Shown piece by piece: positions 28,377-38,647 of a stretch of 64,000 nt of DNA. Where the stretch lies: contig QCUA01000001.1 in NCBI GenBank assembly GCA_003210915.1, forward strand, positions 8,527 to 72,526. Reading direction: 5' to 3'. The notes under the pieces were generated by a model, which had not been told where the DNA came from, did not search any database, and saw only the letters and a list, made by a program, of their open reading frames with translations. Numbering within the stretch: position 1 is the stretch's first letter; every line of letters starts with the position of its first letter. Made by a program: the position numbers and the translations under genes. This DNA is from Prochlorococcus sp. AG-676-L21 (GTDB lineage Bacteria > Cyanobacteriota > Cyanobacteriia > PCC-6307 > Cyanobiaceae).

Positions 28377-28700
28377 TTAAGAGGCTAATGCTATTTCGAT
28401 CTTTTCTTTCAATGTACCTGAATTGTACATCTCGATAAGAATATCCGAACCTCCTAAGAATTCTCCTTTCAAATAGACTTGAGGAATTGTTGGCCATTCC
28501 GAATACTCTTTAATCCCTTCTCTTATTTCAAAATCACTTAAGACATCAAAAGTATTAAATGCTACTCCAAGTGAATTAAGAATTTGAACAACATTATTTG
28601 AAAAGCCGCATTGAGGCATTATTTTAGTACCTTTCATAAAAACCATTACTGGATTAGAGTCGATAAGGTTTTGAATTTTATTTTTAGTAAGGTTTTCCAT
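28377..28700 (-). CDS. grxD: Monothiol glutaredoxin
   Basis: CGFS active site, WPTIPQ. Confidence 0.95.
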   Translation of the reverse strand: MENLTKNKIQNLIDSNPVMVFMKGTKIMPQCGFSNNVVQILNSLGVAFNTFDVLSDFEIREGIKEYSEWPTIPQVYLKGEFLGGSDILIEMYNSGTLKEKIEIALAS

Positions 28701-28703
28701 AGT

Positions 28704-28934
28704 TTAATTAGGAGTTTCTGTTTTAAGTGCTAACGCATGGATAGCCTCTGAAGCTAATTCATCTTTTAGTGCAGAATAGACTAGCTGATGTTGCTTCACT
28801 AATGATAATCCATTAAATTCAGATGAAATTACAGTTACTTGCAAATGATCATCTCCTTTTAGATTCTCAACATAAACTTCAGAATCAACAATTTTTTGCT
28901 TTATTAAGCTAATTACTTTACTTTTAGTAGCCAT
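28704..28934 (-). CDS. bolA: BolA family protein
   Basis: F.GLSLVKQHQLVY, IHALAL. Confidence 0.92.
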   Translation of the reverse strand: MATKSKVISLIKQKIVDSEVYVENLKGDDHLQVTVISSEFNGLSLVKQHQLVYSALKDELASEAIHALALKTETPN

Positions 28935-28943
28935 TATTGATTT

Positions 28944-29462
28944 CTATAATCCTCTATAGGGTGTTTCAACAAATCCAAGTTGGAACAGATTTTTATAAGC
29001 TTCCTTACCTTCTGAGCTAGTAGGCGACATTAACCTGATTATTTCCACAAGTAAAGGCACAGCGACTTCGGGTTGATTTTTGCTTTTATATAAAGCTGCT
29101 AATCTTTTATTTGATTCTGCCCAAATTTTTAATGATTTCTTACCTTTTTCTGCCATCTCCTTTGGGATCCTGGCATCTAACCCTCTAAACGAGCCATTTA
29201 AATCCCCGTAAAATCCTGCTAGTTGTTTTGCTAAATTTCTTGCTTTGTCAAAAGATTCTTTGGCTTTATCAAACTCACCAGCTTTTATTAGGGTATCTCC
29301 TTCTTTTAAGAAGTCTTGTATGTTAGTAATTGAGAGTTTTTTATTAGTATTTGAAAGGACTTTATAATTATTTGGATCATCACCATCTGCATAAAGATTA
29401 TTTGTTGGGGAAAATATTCCCAAAGAGATAAAAATAATTGGAATTAATTTTAAGAATTTCAT
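28944..29462 (-). CDS. Conserved exported helical protein
   Basis: Signal peptide, SFRGLDARI. Confidence 0.7.
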   Translation of the reverse strand: MKFLKLIPIIFISLGIFSPTNNLYADGDDPNNYKVLSNTNKKLSITNIQDFLKEGDTLIKAGEFDKAKESFDKARNLAKQLAGFYGDLNGSFRGLDARIPKEMAEKGKKSLKIWAESNKRLAALYKSKNQPEVAVPLLVEIIRLMSPTSSEGKEAYKNLFQLGFVETPYRGL

Positions 29463-29503
29463 ATTCTCGTATTTGCTAATTCCAATACTAACTGATTATG
29501 GAT

Positions 29504-30184
29504 TCATCTACCGACAATTTTTAATGCTTCTTTTTCAGCGGTTCTCATTTTTTCGTTCAATATTTTATTAAACTCATTTATAGACATGTTTGTATGGTCA
29601 TTAATGATTAATGGCTCTCCAAAACATAGAGAAACTTTACTTCTAAACTTTGGAGATACCTCGCTGTAAGCTATACCAATAGGAACTATAGTTATAAAGT
29701 TTGTTTTTTTTATAGCTAATTTAGCTAATCTATAGAGCCCTTCTTTTAGTATTATTTTTTTTCCATATTTATTGATTTTTCCTTCTGGAAAAACAACCAA
29801 CTGTTTTTTTTTGACTATCAAATTAACAGCATACCGCAAAACAGAAAGAGAAGGAGATATTTGATTTATTGAAAAACAACCAAGTCTTTTTAAAAACCAA
29901 CCCTGAATACCTTTCATTTCGGATTTAGTAACCATGAATCTACAATCATTTTTGGTTACTCTCCTTCCCATTGCCATAGTAAGCATTAATCCATCCCATC
30001 TCGATCTATGGGTTGGAGCTAAAATAATGGAGCTATTGTTTGGGATAGGTAATTTATTATTAATTATTTTCCTCTCTTTAAAAAATATTTTCATAACGAT
30101 ATCTTGAGTTATAAACATTGCGAATGGACCCAAAATTGGGTTAATTTCTCGCCAGATATTAATAGTTTTATTCTTCAAATTCAA
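29504..30184 (-). CDS. Lysophospholipid acyltransferase family protein
   Basis: HRSRWD and FPEG motifs. Confidence 0.88.
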   Translation of the reverse strand: MNLKNKTINIWREINPILGPFAMFITQDIVMKIFFKERKIINNKLPIPNNSSIILAPTHRSRWDGLMLTMAMGRRVTKNDCRFMVTKSEMKGIQGWFLKRLGCFSINQISPSLSVLRYAVNLIVKKKQLVVFPEGKINKYGKKIILKEGLYRLAKLAIKKTNFITIVPIGIAYSEVSPKFRSKVSLCFGEPLIINDHTNMSINEFNKILNEKMRTAEKEALKIVGR

Positions 30185-30277
30185 TTTACTTTATATTAAT
30201 AAACTATACGTTTGTAATTTTTTATTAGCTAGAATTGGGCGGTTACTAAATTGTCTAAAACAAAGAGTTATCAATTT

Positions 30278-30994
30278 ATGGCAACATTAGGAGTAAATAT
30301 AGATCATATTGCAAATGTCAGGCAGGCTAGGCAGACCGTAGAACCAGATCCTGTTCAATTCGCTTTCTTAGCGGAACTAGGCGGTGCTGATTCCATAACA
30401 GTTCACTTAAGAGAAGATAGAAGGCATATACAAGACAGAGATATATATCTTTTAAAAGATACTATTAAAACTAAACTCAATTTAGAGATGGCAGCGACTG
30501 AAGAAATGTTGAGAATTTCTAAAAAGTTACTACCAGATTATGTAACACTCGTACCAGAGAAAAGAAAGGAAATCACAACAGAGGGAGGGTTAGATGTCAG
30601 AAATAATGAGAAATACCTTAAAGGCTACGTTAATAGTTTAAAAAGTTCTAATATTGAAGTAAGCGCATTTATAGATCCTGCAAATGATCAGATTAATTCT
30701 TCAGGAGAAATAGGATTTGATTTTATTGAATTACACACTGGCAAATATGCTGATCAAAAAGGCCAAGATCAATATGTAGAGCTTCAAAAAATTATTGAAT
30801 CTTCCTATTATGCCGTTGATCTTGGATTAGTTGTTAATGCAGGGCATGGGCTAAATTATCAGAATGTAAAAAATATTGCATCAATTAACAATATTAATGA
30901 GTTAAACATTGGTCATAGTATTGTTTCAAGGGCTTTAGCGGTAGGTCTAGAAAGAGCTGTACGCGAAATGAAGACTTTAATTTCAATAAATTAA
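30278..30994 (+). CDS. pdxJ: Pyridoxine 5'-phosphate synthase
   Basis: LGVNIDH, HLREDRRHI, NAGHGL. Confidence 0.96.
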   Translation: MATLGVNIDHIANVRQARQTVEPDPVQFAFLAELGGADSITVHLREDRRHIQDRDIYLLKDTIKTKLNLEMAATEEMLRISKKLLPDYVTLVPEKRKEITTEGGLDVRNNEKYLKGYVNSLKSSNIEVSAFIDPANDQINSSGEIGFDFIELHTGKYADQKGQDQYVELQKIIESSYYAVDLGLVVNAGHGLNYQNVKNIASINNINELNIGHSIVSRALAVGLERAVREMKTLISIN

Positions 30995-31003
30995 TTATTT
31001 AAA

Positions 31004-31321
31004 ATGACAACTTATTTTTTCGTTGCAGCTAGTGAGAAATTTTTAACAGTTGAAGAACCTCTTGAAGAGATTTTAAAAGAAAGGATCAGAAACTATAAAG
31101 AAAACAAAAAGGAAATAGATTTTTGGCTTTTAAAGAATCCATCTTTTTTGAAATCTTCGGCATTTTTAGATTTATCTAAAAAAATCCCTAATACTCCAGC
31201 AGCCGTTATCTCTACAGATAAAAAATTTATTACCTTCTTAAAGCTTCGTTTAGAATTTGTTGCTGTAGGAGAATTTGAATGTCCTAATAGCGAAATTAAT
31301 GACCCTTTTAAAGTTGAGTAA
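31004..31321 (+). CDS. ycf54: MgPME cyclase accessory protein
   Basis: YFFVAASEKFL..EEPLEEIL.ER, FLKLRL. Confidence 0.92.
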   Translation: MTTYFFVAASEKFLTVEEPLEEILKERIRNYKENKKEIDFWLLKNPSFLKSSAFLDLSKKIPNTPAAVISTDKKFITFLKLRLEFVAVGEFECPNSEINDPFKVE

Positions 31322-31339
31322 AAAAATAATAAAAGAAAA

Positions 31340-34300
31340 TTGCTAAATATTTATAAATCAAACAAAATTGAAGTTATTACTGAGCTATTAGCAAAAGAAT
31401 TAATAATTAGCCCCCCTTTCTTAACAGAAAAACTAGATGTAGCAGTTCCTAATTATTTTTTAGGGAAGTGGTTGTGGGACCAAATAACAATAAGTAATCA
31501 AATAAGTGCTCTCTATGAATTTAAGACCATATCAAGTTATACCGAAGCATTATTAACAAAAATTTTCCCGGCAATTGATATGGGAGTCTGGAATTTTGAT
31601 TCAATAAAATGGGGAATTATAGATTCATTTGAAGAATTATCTAGCTATAAAGAATCTTTACCACTTAGTAATTGGATTAATAAATACTTAAACAATAAAA
31701 AGATAATTGATGGCGATATTCACAACTTAACCAAAAAGATTGCAAATAATTTTATTGAGTATCTAATTTTCAGGCCTGAGATGATAGCTAATTGGCATAG
31801 ATATGAGTTGAGTTCACTAGATCTTTTTAATAATTTAAATTCAAATGAATATTGGCAACCAATTTTATATAAATTACTTGAAAAAAAAATGACCGAGAAA
31901 CCTTCATGTTTATACATGATTGACATAATCAATAATATTAAAAAAATACATAATGAAGAAAATCTAATACCTAGACAAATATATATTATTTCTGATAACA
32001 ATTTATCAAGATTACATGTTAGCTTTTATTCTAAATTAGCAGAATTTACTAAGGTTAATTTATACTTACTCTCTGCTGGAGATAATTTGTGGAATAGAAT
32101 AAATTCTCTTGAAGGAGAGGTTGATTTTAGTTCTATTGAGAGCAAATTTAATTTAAATAATTCAAATATCGAAAAAATTTTTGGCAAATTTGGAGCTAAT
32201 TATCAGAAATTAATTGAGGAAACTTCTAATATTGAAAATATAAAGATAAATAATAATTCAATATATATTGATCCAACGTTTAGTTTTACAAGTGAGAAGG
32301 ATATACCTTTGATTAATCAAATACAGAAAAGACTAATTGATAATAGTCAAGATGATTTTATGATAAATGAAAAGGATGAGTCAATTATTTTTAGGGAGCA
32401 TTTTAATCAATTAAGTCAATTAGAGTATGTAAGAAATAAAGTCATAGAAATATTAGAAACTTGCGATGATGTTAAATACAGTGATATCGCTATAGTATCT
32501 CCTCAAACTAGTTTAATAAAACCTTATCTTAGGTATATTTTTAATAATGAATTAATAAACGGACAAAAGCTACCTTATTTATTTCTTGAAGAGAATTATG
32601 AAGATTCTTCAAATGTATATAATTTCTTACTTGATATTATTGAATTAGCAAATGAGAAAATTACGCTTGAAAAAATAGAATATTTTCTTTCTAAAAAAGT
32701 TAATCAGAATATTTTTGATTTTGATATTGCTGAGAAAAATGAGATTATTTTAATATTAAATGAAGTTGGTTTTCATTGGGGATTAGATACTAACGAAAGG
32801 TTGGGTGAAGAAAAAAATACTTTAGAGTGGTGTATAAATAGAATTACTTTAGGTCTAGTTTATGATGAAGAATTTAGTTTAAATAATTCTAACCTTAAAT
32901 CATTTACCCCTAAGAATTCAAGCTTGGACTTGAATAAATGGGTTAAAATATTACTTCAATTAAAACAATATATTAATTTACTAAGAGGATCTTTTAATTA
33001 TTCAGATTGGGTTAAAAAGATTAAATTTATACTTAATAAAATTAGAAATTTTAATGAGAATTTCAATTTAGATATATATGAAATAAATAGAAGTCTTGAT
33101 AATTATTTAATATCTTCAACATCTGATCAAGTAATTGCGTTGAATGTTTTTAGAGAAATATTAATTACATTTATAAATAAACTTAACTATAGAAATCAAT
33201 CTTATATAAATAAGATATTAGTAAGTGATATTGAGAAGGTTAGGCTAATTCCTCGTAAGATTATTTTCCTAATTAATATGAATAGTATTTATTATCCAAA
33301 ATTATCGAGTAATGAAAATATAAATTTGCTAAATAAAAAATACCTTCTTGGGGATCCATCTTCTTTTGATAGAGAAAAATACTTTTTCCTAGAGTTATTA
33401 ATTTCCTGTAGAAAGCAACTTATAGTTTCTTGGGTTAATAATGATAAAGATAATAAAATATTAGATATTTCCTTCCCTATTAAGGAACTAATAAACTATT
33501 TAGAGAGCTTTTTAACTGTAAAACAAAGAAAGTCCATAATCAAATACTTTGATTATGAGAAAGAAGAAGTTGTTAATCCTAATAATAATAATTTTTTAAA
33601 AAGTCAATATTCTTTATTAAACAAAATAGATTGGGAAGAAAAATTTTATGATAGTAAAGACTTTAAATTATCTGAATTAATTTATTGGTTTAAAGCTCCT
33701 CAGCTCTATTGGCTCAATAAAAAGAATATTTCTCCTAAAGGAATATTTAATCATCACCCAGATGAGGAGTATGTAAGTAATTTACAGAAATTTAAACTAG
33801 TTACTAAAGTTATTCAGAAACTAGAAATTGATAATTATGACATTATTGATGAATTAAAAAATTTAAATATAAACGAACAATTTATTGAAAATGGAATTAT
33901 TGCCCCAAGAAATAGTATTTTTACAAAAGAAAAAGAGATACAAGATCTGTTAGGAAGTTTAGCTGAAAATTTGAGTAAAGATAAAAATATAAAAAGAGTT
34001 TACGTTAAATCAAATTCAAATAAAGAAGAATATTTCATTTCTGATAATGTGGTAATTGAATTGATTCATTCCAAACTTAGTTTGAAAAGTCTTTCAGAAG
34101 CTTGGATTAAGTTACTCTTTATTTCTTCTTTAGAGAAGAAGATAACGAAGACAAAAGTAATTTTTAGAAAAGAAAATCAATATAAATCAGAAATTCTTCA
34201 AACACCAAGCCAACTCGAATCAAAGAAAATATTAGAAGAATATATAAATATTTTTAAGAATTACTCTGATAAATGTTTACCCCTCCCTCCAGAAAGTACA

Positions 34301-34525
34301 TATAAATATGTAGAAGCAAAAATGCAACTGAAAAATGAGAAAAAAGCTTTTTCTGATAAATGGATAGGAAATAAAACATTTACTAAAGGAGAAAGAGATA
34401 ATAGTGTAATTCAAATGTGTTTTGGAAATAAAAAAGAAGGAGACTTCTTTTTTGGAAATGATAAATTTGATGATTTGTCATTCAGATTATATGGCCCCTT
34501 ATTTGAGGCATTAAAAAATAAATAA
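31340..34525 (+). CDS. recC: Exodeoxyribonuclease V gamma subunit
   Basis: YKSNKIE N-terminus, size, position ahead of recB and recD. Confidence 0.88.
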   Translation: MLNIYKSNKIEVITELLAKELIISPPFLTEKLDVAVPNYFLGKWLWDQITISNQISALYEFKTISSYTEALLTKIFPAIDMGVWNFDSIKWGIIDSFEELSSYKESLPLSNWINKYLNNKKIIDGDIHNLTKKIANNFIEYLIFRPEMIANWHRYELSSLDLFNNLNSNEYWQPILYKLLEKKMTEKPSCLYMIDIINNIKKIHNEENLIPRQIYIISDNNLSRLHVSFYSKLAEFTKVNLYLLSAGDNLWNRINSLEGEVDFSSIESKFNLNNSNIEKIFGKFGANYQKLIEETSNIENIKINNNSIYIDPTFSFTSEKDIPLINQIQKRLIDNSQDDFMINEKDESIIFREHFNQLSQLEYVRNKVIEILETCDDVKYSDIAIVSPQTSLIKPYLRYIFNNELINGQKLPYLFLEENYEDSSNVYNFLLDIIELANEKITLEKIEYFLSKKVNQNIFDFDIAEKNEIILILNEVGFHWGLDTNERLGEEKNTLEWCINRITLGLVYDEEFSLNNSNLKSFTPKNSSLDLNKWVKILLQLKQYINLLRGSFNYSDWVKKIKFILNKIRNFNENFNLDIYEINRSLDNYLISSTSDQVIALNVFREILITFINKLNYRNQSYINKILVSDIEKVRLIPRKIIFLINMNSIYYPKLSSNENINLLNKKYLLGDPSSFDREKYFFLELLISCRKQLIVSWVNNDKDNKILDISFPIKELINYLESFLTVKQRKSIIKYFDYEKEEVVNPNNNNFLKSQYSLLNKIDWEEKFYDSKDFKLSELIYWFKAPQLYWLNKKNISPKGIFNHHPDEEYVSNLQKFKLVTKVIQKLEIDNYDIIDELKNLNINEQFIENGIIAPRNSIFTKEKEIQDLLGSLAENLSKDKNIKRVYVKSNSNKEEYFISDNVVIELIHSKLSLKSLSEAWIKLLFISSLEKKITKTKVIFRKENQYKSEILQTPSQLESKKILEEYINIFKNYSDKCLPLPPESTYKYVEAKMQLKNEKKAFSDKWIGNKTFTKGERDNSVIQMCFGNKKEGDFFFGNDKFDDLSFRLYGPLFEALKNK

Positions 34526-34998
34526 TGTCTAAATTTCAGTTGAAAAGATTTCTTAAGAAATCTTATGAATTTTCCCTAGTTCTTTTACAGTTCTTCATCA
34601 TTATTCTTCATTTTATTCATTTGGAATTTATTCCTAAGAAAGAAATAATGCAAGTTAATTCCATCTTTAGTTTTGTGGGTTTCTTACTCATCATAATCTC
34701 AACAATTGTCATGTTAATTTCAATTAAAGACTTAGGTAGTAATTTATCTCCTTTCCCAAGACCTATAGTCAATGGCAATCTAACTACTTCAGGTATTTAT
34801 AGTTTCATTAGACATCCTATGTATTATTCTTTAATACTGATATCTTTTGGTTTTTTTATTACTAAATTATCTTTTTATCATTTAAGTTTAACAATAAGTC
34901 TTGCTTTAATAATTAAATTTAAGATAATTTTAGAAGAGAAATATTTAAATAAAAAATTTAAAAATTATTTTATTTATACCGATAAGGTTAAATATTAA
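34525..34998 (+). CDS. Isoprenylcysteine/phospholipid methyltransferase family membrane protein
   Basis: L.TSGIYSFIRHPMY, EEKYL. Confidence 0.85.
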   Translation: MSKFQLKRFLKKSYEFSLVLLQFFIIILHFIHLEFIPKKEIMQVNSIFSFVGFLLIIISTIVMLISIKDLGSNLSPFPRPIVNGNLTTSGIYSFIRHPMYYSLILISFGFFITKLSFYHLSLTISLALIIKFKIILEEKYLNKKFKNYFIYTDKVKY

Positions 34999-35010
34999 CT
35001 TAAAGAAGAT

Positions 35011-38000
35011 ATGGATATTAACAAAATTAAATTAGATAATAATTTTAAATTAATAGAAGCAAGTGCTGGAACTGGGAAAAGCTTTACTTTGGCTCACTTA
35101 GTTTTAAGAAATGTATTGGAGAAAAAGATTAAACCAGAGGAAATACTTTTATTAAGTTTCACGAAAAATACATGTACAGAATTAAGAGATAAAATACTTT
35201 CAAGATTTTGTAAACTCAAATTATTTTTACAGAATCCGGATGGAATCGAGTTAGATAATACTCTTTTAGAATGGTATAAAAACTTTCAAAAGGAAGAAAC
35301 GAATCCGAAAAAAATAATATTTGATATTGATAATTTTATTAATGCTATTTATAAACTTAAAGTCACGACCTTCCATGCTTTTTGTAATAATATTTTAGAG
35401 GAATTTAGTATAGATATAGGCTCAGCACAAGATCCATTTATTGAAAACAATATAGATAATTTATACCAAGATATAATCGATGATTTATGGATTGAGCAAT
35501 TTCAAAATCTTGATCCAGAGATAATTTCTGCAGTTAATCAAAAAAAAATAAGTTCTATATATGGAAGTAAAATTAATAAATCATTTTTTGTTGAAATTTT
35601 AAAAAATATTGATCAAGAAAACATTTGCAAATTTGAAATTATTAATAAATATAAGAATATTGATATATCAAATTATTTAAAAGAATTTTTACATATAAAT
35701 TGGAAAGCGTTTTGTGTTGAATGGAATAATAATGGGGAGCAATTATATCTTAAACTTATTTCATTAGGGAAATTAATAAAGGAAATTGGATGCAAAAGTC
35801 AGGTATATTCGTCCAAGCCAAGAAACAATAAGTTTAATCAAATAACTGAATGGATAGAAGAGATTAATAAAAGGCTTAATTCAGAAGATATAAGTCAACT
35901 TTTATATGATATTTCAAATGAAGATCTTTTATTTAAATATTTTTATAATAAGAATATCAATAAAGAAATTAATAAATTTGATCTAAGTCTAGATTTTAGT
36001 AGGTTTAAATTACTTCAAGATAAAATTTATAAAATTAAAGAAGGCTTTTATACTGAATTTGTAAGAATATTTATCCAATTAGCTTATATAAAACTAATTA
36101 CCTTAAAAAGAAGTTTATCTATTTTTAATTTTAATGATCTTATAAAGTCTGTTGAGAAAAAATATCTAGGATCAGATCTTACTAATGATAAAAGTCTTTT
36201 AGAAATTCAAAATAGATTTAAATGTGTTTTAGTAGATGAGTTTCAAGATACAGATAATATTCAGTGGAGCATAATAAAAAAATTCTTTTGTACAAAAAAT
36301 CACTTTTTACTTTGCGTTGGAGATCCAAAGCAGGCTATTTATAAATTTAGAGGTGGAGATATTGAAACTTATTTAGAGGCTAAATCTGATGCCATTGAAG
36401 TTTTTAGTCTTACAAATAACTTTAGATCATCAAATAAATTACTTGATGTTATTAATAATCTATATAAAAATGGACTTAAAGAATCAAAACTAGAATATAA
36501 GAATTTAAACTCTAAACTTAATAAAAATTTTAATCATAAATTTGATTTTAAGAATGTATTTGAAATTGTAGAATTTTCAAGCAAAGAAGTTTATATTGAA
36601 GATCTTGTCACTAAATATATAGTTAGTTTTCTTTTAAATAATAATGAAATTGATATTAATAAAATTTCAATTCTTACCTTGTATAATTCTCAATGTTTAG
36701 AATTAAAAAATAAATTAATAAAGTTAAATATACCGTGCCAGATTAAAAATAAAAAAAATATATTTGATACTGAAGCCAGTACTCTATTAGTCTTATTTAT
36801 TGATTCTATATTATATCCAAGGCGTTATAGGAATATAAGTTTGTTGGCTACTTCTAAATTTATAGAAATAGATATGGCAGAATTAATTGATCATCATATT
36901 AGTAAAAAAATTGAAATTTTAACTAATCAATGTATTTCATGGTCTTTGGAATTAAAAGAGAAAGGTTTTTTAACCCTTGTTAATGAACTCATTATTAATT
37001 ACAAGTCATCCTCAATTATATGTGATGCAGATTTATACTCGAATCTATTTCAATTGTCAGAGATAATTGAAATAGAATTAATCAATAATGACTTTAATCT
37101 AAATAAAGTATTTAAGTGGTATCTAAACCAATTAGATGATTCTTTAAGGAGTTGTACTGGAGAAGACTATTTTACGAAAGATTATAATCTTCAAAATGGA
37201 ATTAATCTTTCGACAATTCATAATAGTAAGGGACTTGAATATGAAATAGTTTTGTGTCCCTACTTATCTAATATTTCCAATAAATCAAATAAAACCAAAG
37301 GCCCAATTTGGAAATCAAATTTTGACCGGTCTATATATATCAATATTTCTAATAATTACAGTAAGGTAGAAGAATTTAAATTAATAGAAGAAAGAGATTT
37401 ATTTAAAGAAAGTGAAAGATTGATTTATGTGGCGCTTACCAGGAGTAAATATAAGCTCATTATCTTTAATGATATTAATAATATAAATAATATTTTTAAT
37501 AATGATTTGTTACCAAACCTAGAAAATATTAATTTTCATAATTCTAAAATTGAACATAAAATAGAGGCAATGAATATTAGAGAAATTTCTAATAAATTTA
37601 ATATTAATGGTTTGAAGAATAATCTTTGGAAAATAAATAAAGTCAATACAAAAAAACCTAAAAAAATTCCTTCTGAAGAAGTTATTTCTTTCTCAAGTTA
37701 TTCCTCATGGATCCGTAAAGAAAAAAAAACAGACTCTGCTTCCAATCAATACAAGGATTATGAAGATAATATCTCAATTATTAATAATTCCCAAGATAAT
37801 AATTTAGATAAATCAAATAATTATTCCAAATACTTAACTCTCTCCAATCCCTTAAGTGATTTTCCTAAAGGAACTATTGCTGGTACATGTTTGCATAAAA
37901 TAATAGAGAGATTTGATTTTCAAAATGATAACGCCGATAAATTACTTGATTTAATTAATGAAGAATTAAATTTCTTTCAAATTGATACTTCTTTAGCATT

Positions 38001-38646
38001 AAATGTAAGAGAAGGTATATTGCGAATCATAAACGTCTCGCTTGGAAGGAAATTATTAAATAAAAAATTAATTGATATCTCTTCAAATAATATTCTAAAA
38101 GAGGTTAAGTACAATTTAACACTTTCTTATAATGGGAAAAATATTAATTCTTATGATATTTCCAAATGCTTTCTATTGGATCAAGAATTTGAATTTGGTA
38201 AAAGCTACTCAAACAAAATTAATGATCTACAAATTCTAAATAAAGGTTTTCACTCAGGTTGTATTGACTGTTTAGTTCCTATTGGTAATAAGTTAGAGGA
38301 TAGTAAATGGTGGGTAATCGATTGGAAAAGTAATTTTATTTCTGGAAGCGAAAATAGTGATTGTTTACCTGGAAACTATAACTATGAAAATATGAAAGAA
38401 GAAATGATTAAACATCATTACCCATTGCAATCTCATCTTTATCTATTGGCATTACATAGATTATTAAAGTGGAGATTAAAAAATTATCAACCTAAACATC
38501 ATCTTGGAGGATATGTATATTTATTTTTAAAGGGATTGCCTGACAAAAAGTTATTTGAAAAATCTGTTGAGAAAGATATTTCTCCAGGGGTTTTTATTGG
38601 CCAGGCTCCTATAAATAGAATTAATTATTTAGATAAACTTTTTTAG
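35011..38646 (+). CDS. recB: Exodeoxyribonuclease V beta subunit
   Basis: ASAGTGKS, DEFQD, GDPKQAIYKFRG, IDWKSN. Confidence 0.93.
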   Translation: MDINKIKLDNNFKLIEASAGTGKSFTLAHLVLRNVLEKKIKPEEILLLSFTKNTCTELRDKILSRFCKLKLFLQNPDGIELDNTLLEWYKNFQKEETNPKKIIFDIDNFINAIYKLKVTTFHAFCNNILEEFSIDIGSAQDPFIENNIDNLYQDIIDDLWIEQFQNLDPEIISAVNQKKISSIYGSKINKSFFVEILKNIDQENICKFEIINKYKNIDISNYLKEFLHINWKAFCVEWNNNGEQLYLKLISLGKLIKEIGCKSQVYSSKPRNNKFNQITEWIEEINKRLNSEDISQLLYDISNEDLLFKYFYNKNINKEINKFDLSLDFSRFKLLQDKIYKIKEGFYTEFVRIFIQLAYIKLITLKRSLSIFNFNDLIKSVEKKYLGSDLTNDKSLLEIQNRFKCVLVDEFQDTDNIQWSIIKKFFCTKNHFLLCVGDPKQAIYKFRGGDIETYLEAKSDAIEVFSLTNNFRSSNKLLDVINNLYKNGLKESKLEYKNLNSKLNKNFNHKFDFKNVFEIVEFSSKEVYIEDLVTKYIVSFLLNNNEIDINKISILTLYNSQCLELKNKLIKLNIPCQIKNKKNIFDTEASTLLVLFIDSILYPRRYRNISLLATSKFIEIDMAELIDHHISKKIEILTNQCISWSLELKEKGFLTLVNELIINYKSSSIICDADLYSNLFQLSEIIEIELINNDFNLNKVFKWYLNQLDDSLRSCTGEDYFTKDYNLQNGINLSTIHNSKGLEYEIVLCPYLSNISNKSNKTKGPIWKSNFDRSIYINISNNYSKVEEFKLIEERDLFKESERLIYVALTRSKYKLIIFNDINNINNIFNNDLLPNLENINFHNSKIEHKIEAMNIREISNKFNINGLKNNLWKINKVNTKKPKKIPSEEVISFSSYSSWIRKEKKTDSASNQYKDYEDNISIINNSQDNNLDKSNNYSKYLTLSNPLSDFPKGTIAGTCLHKIIERFDFQNDNADKLLDLINEELNFFQIDTSLALNVREGILRIINVSLGRKLLNKKLIDISSNNILKEVKYNLTLSYNGKNINSYDISKCFLLDQEFEFGKSYSNKINDLQILNKGFHSGCIDCLVPIGNKLEDSKWWVIDWKSNFISGSENSDCLPGNYNYENMKEEMIKHHYPLQSHLYLLALHRLLKWRLKNYQPKHHLGGYVYLFLKGLPDKKLFEKSVEKDISPGVFIGQAPINRINYLDKLF

Positions 38647-38647
38647 A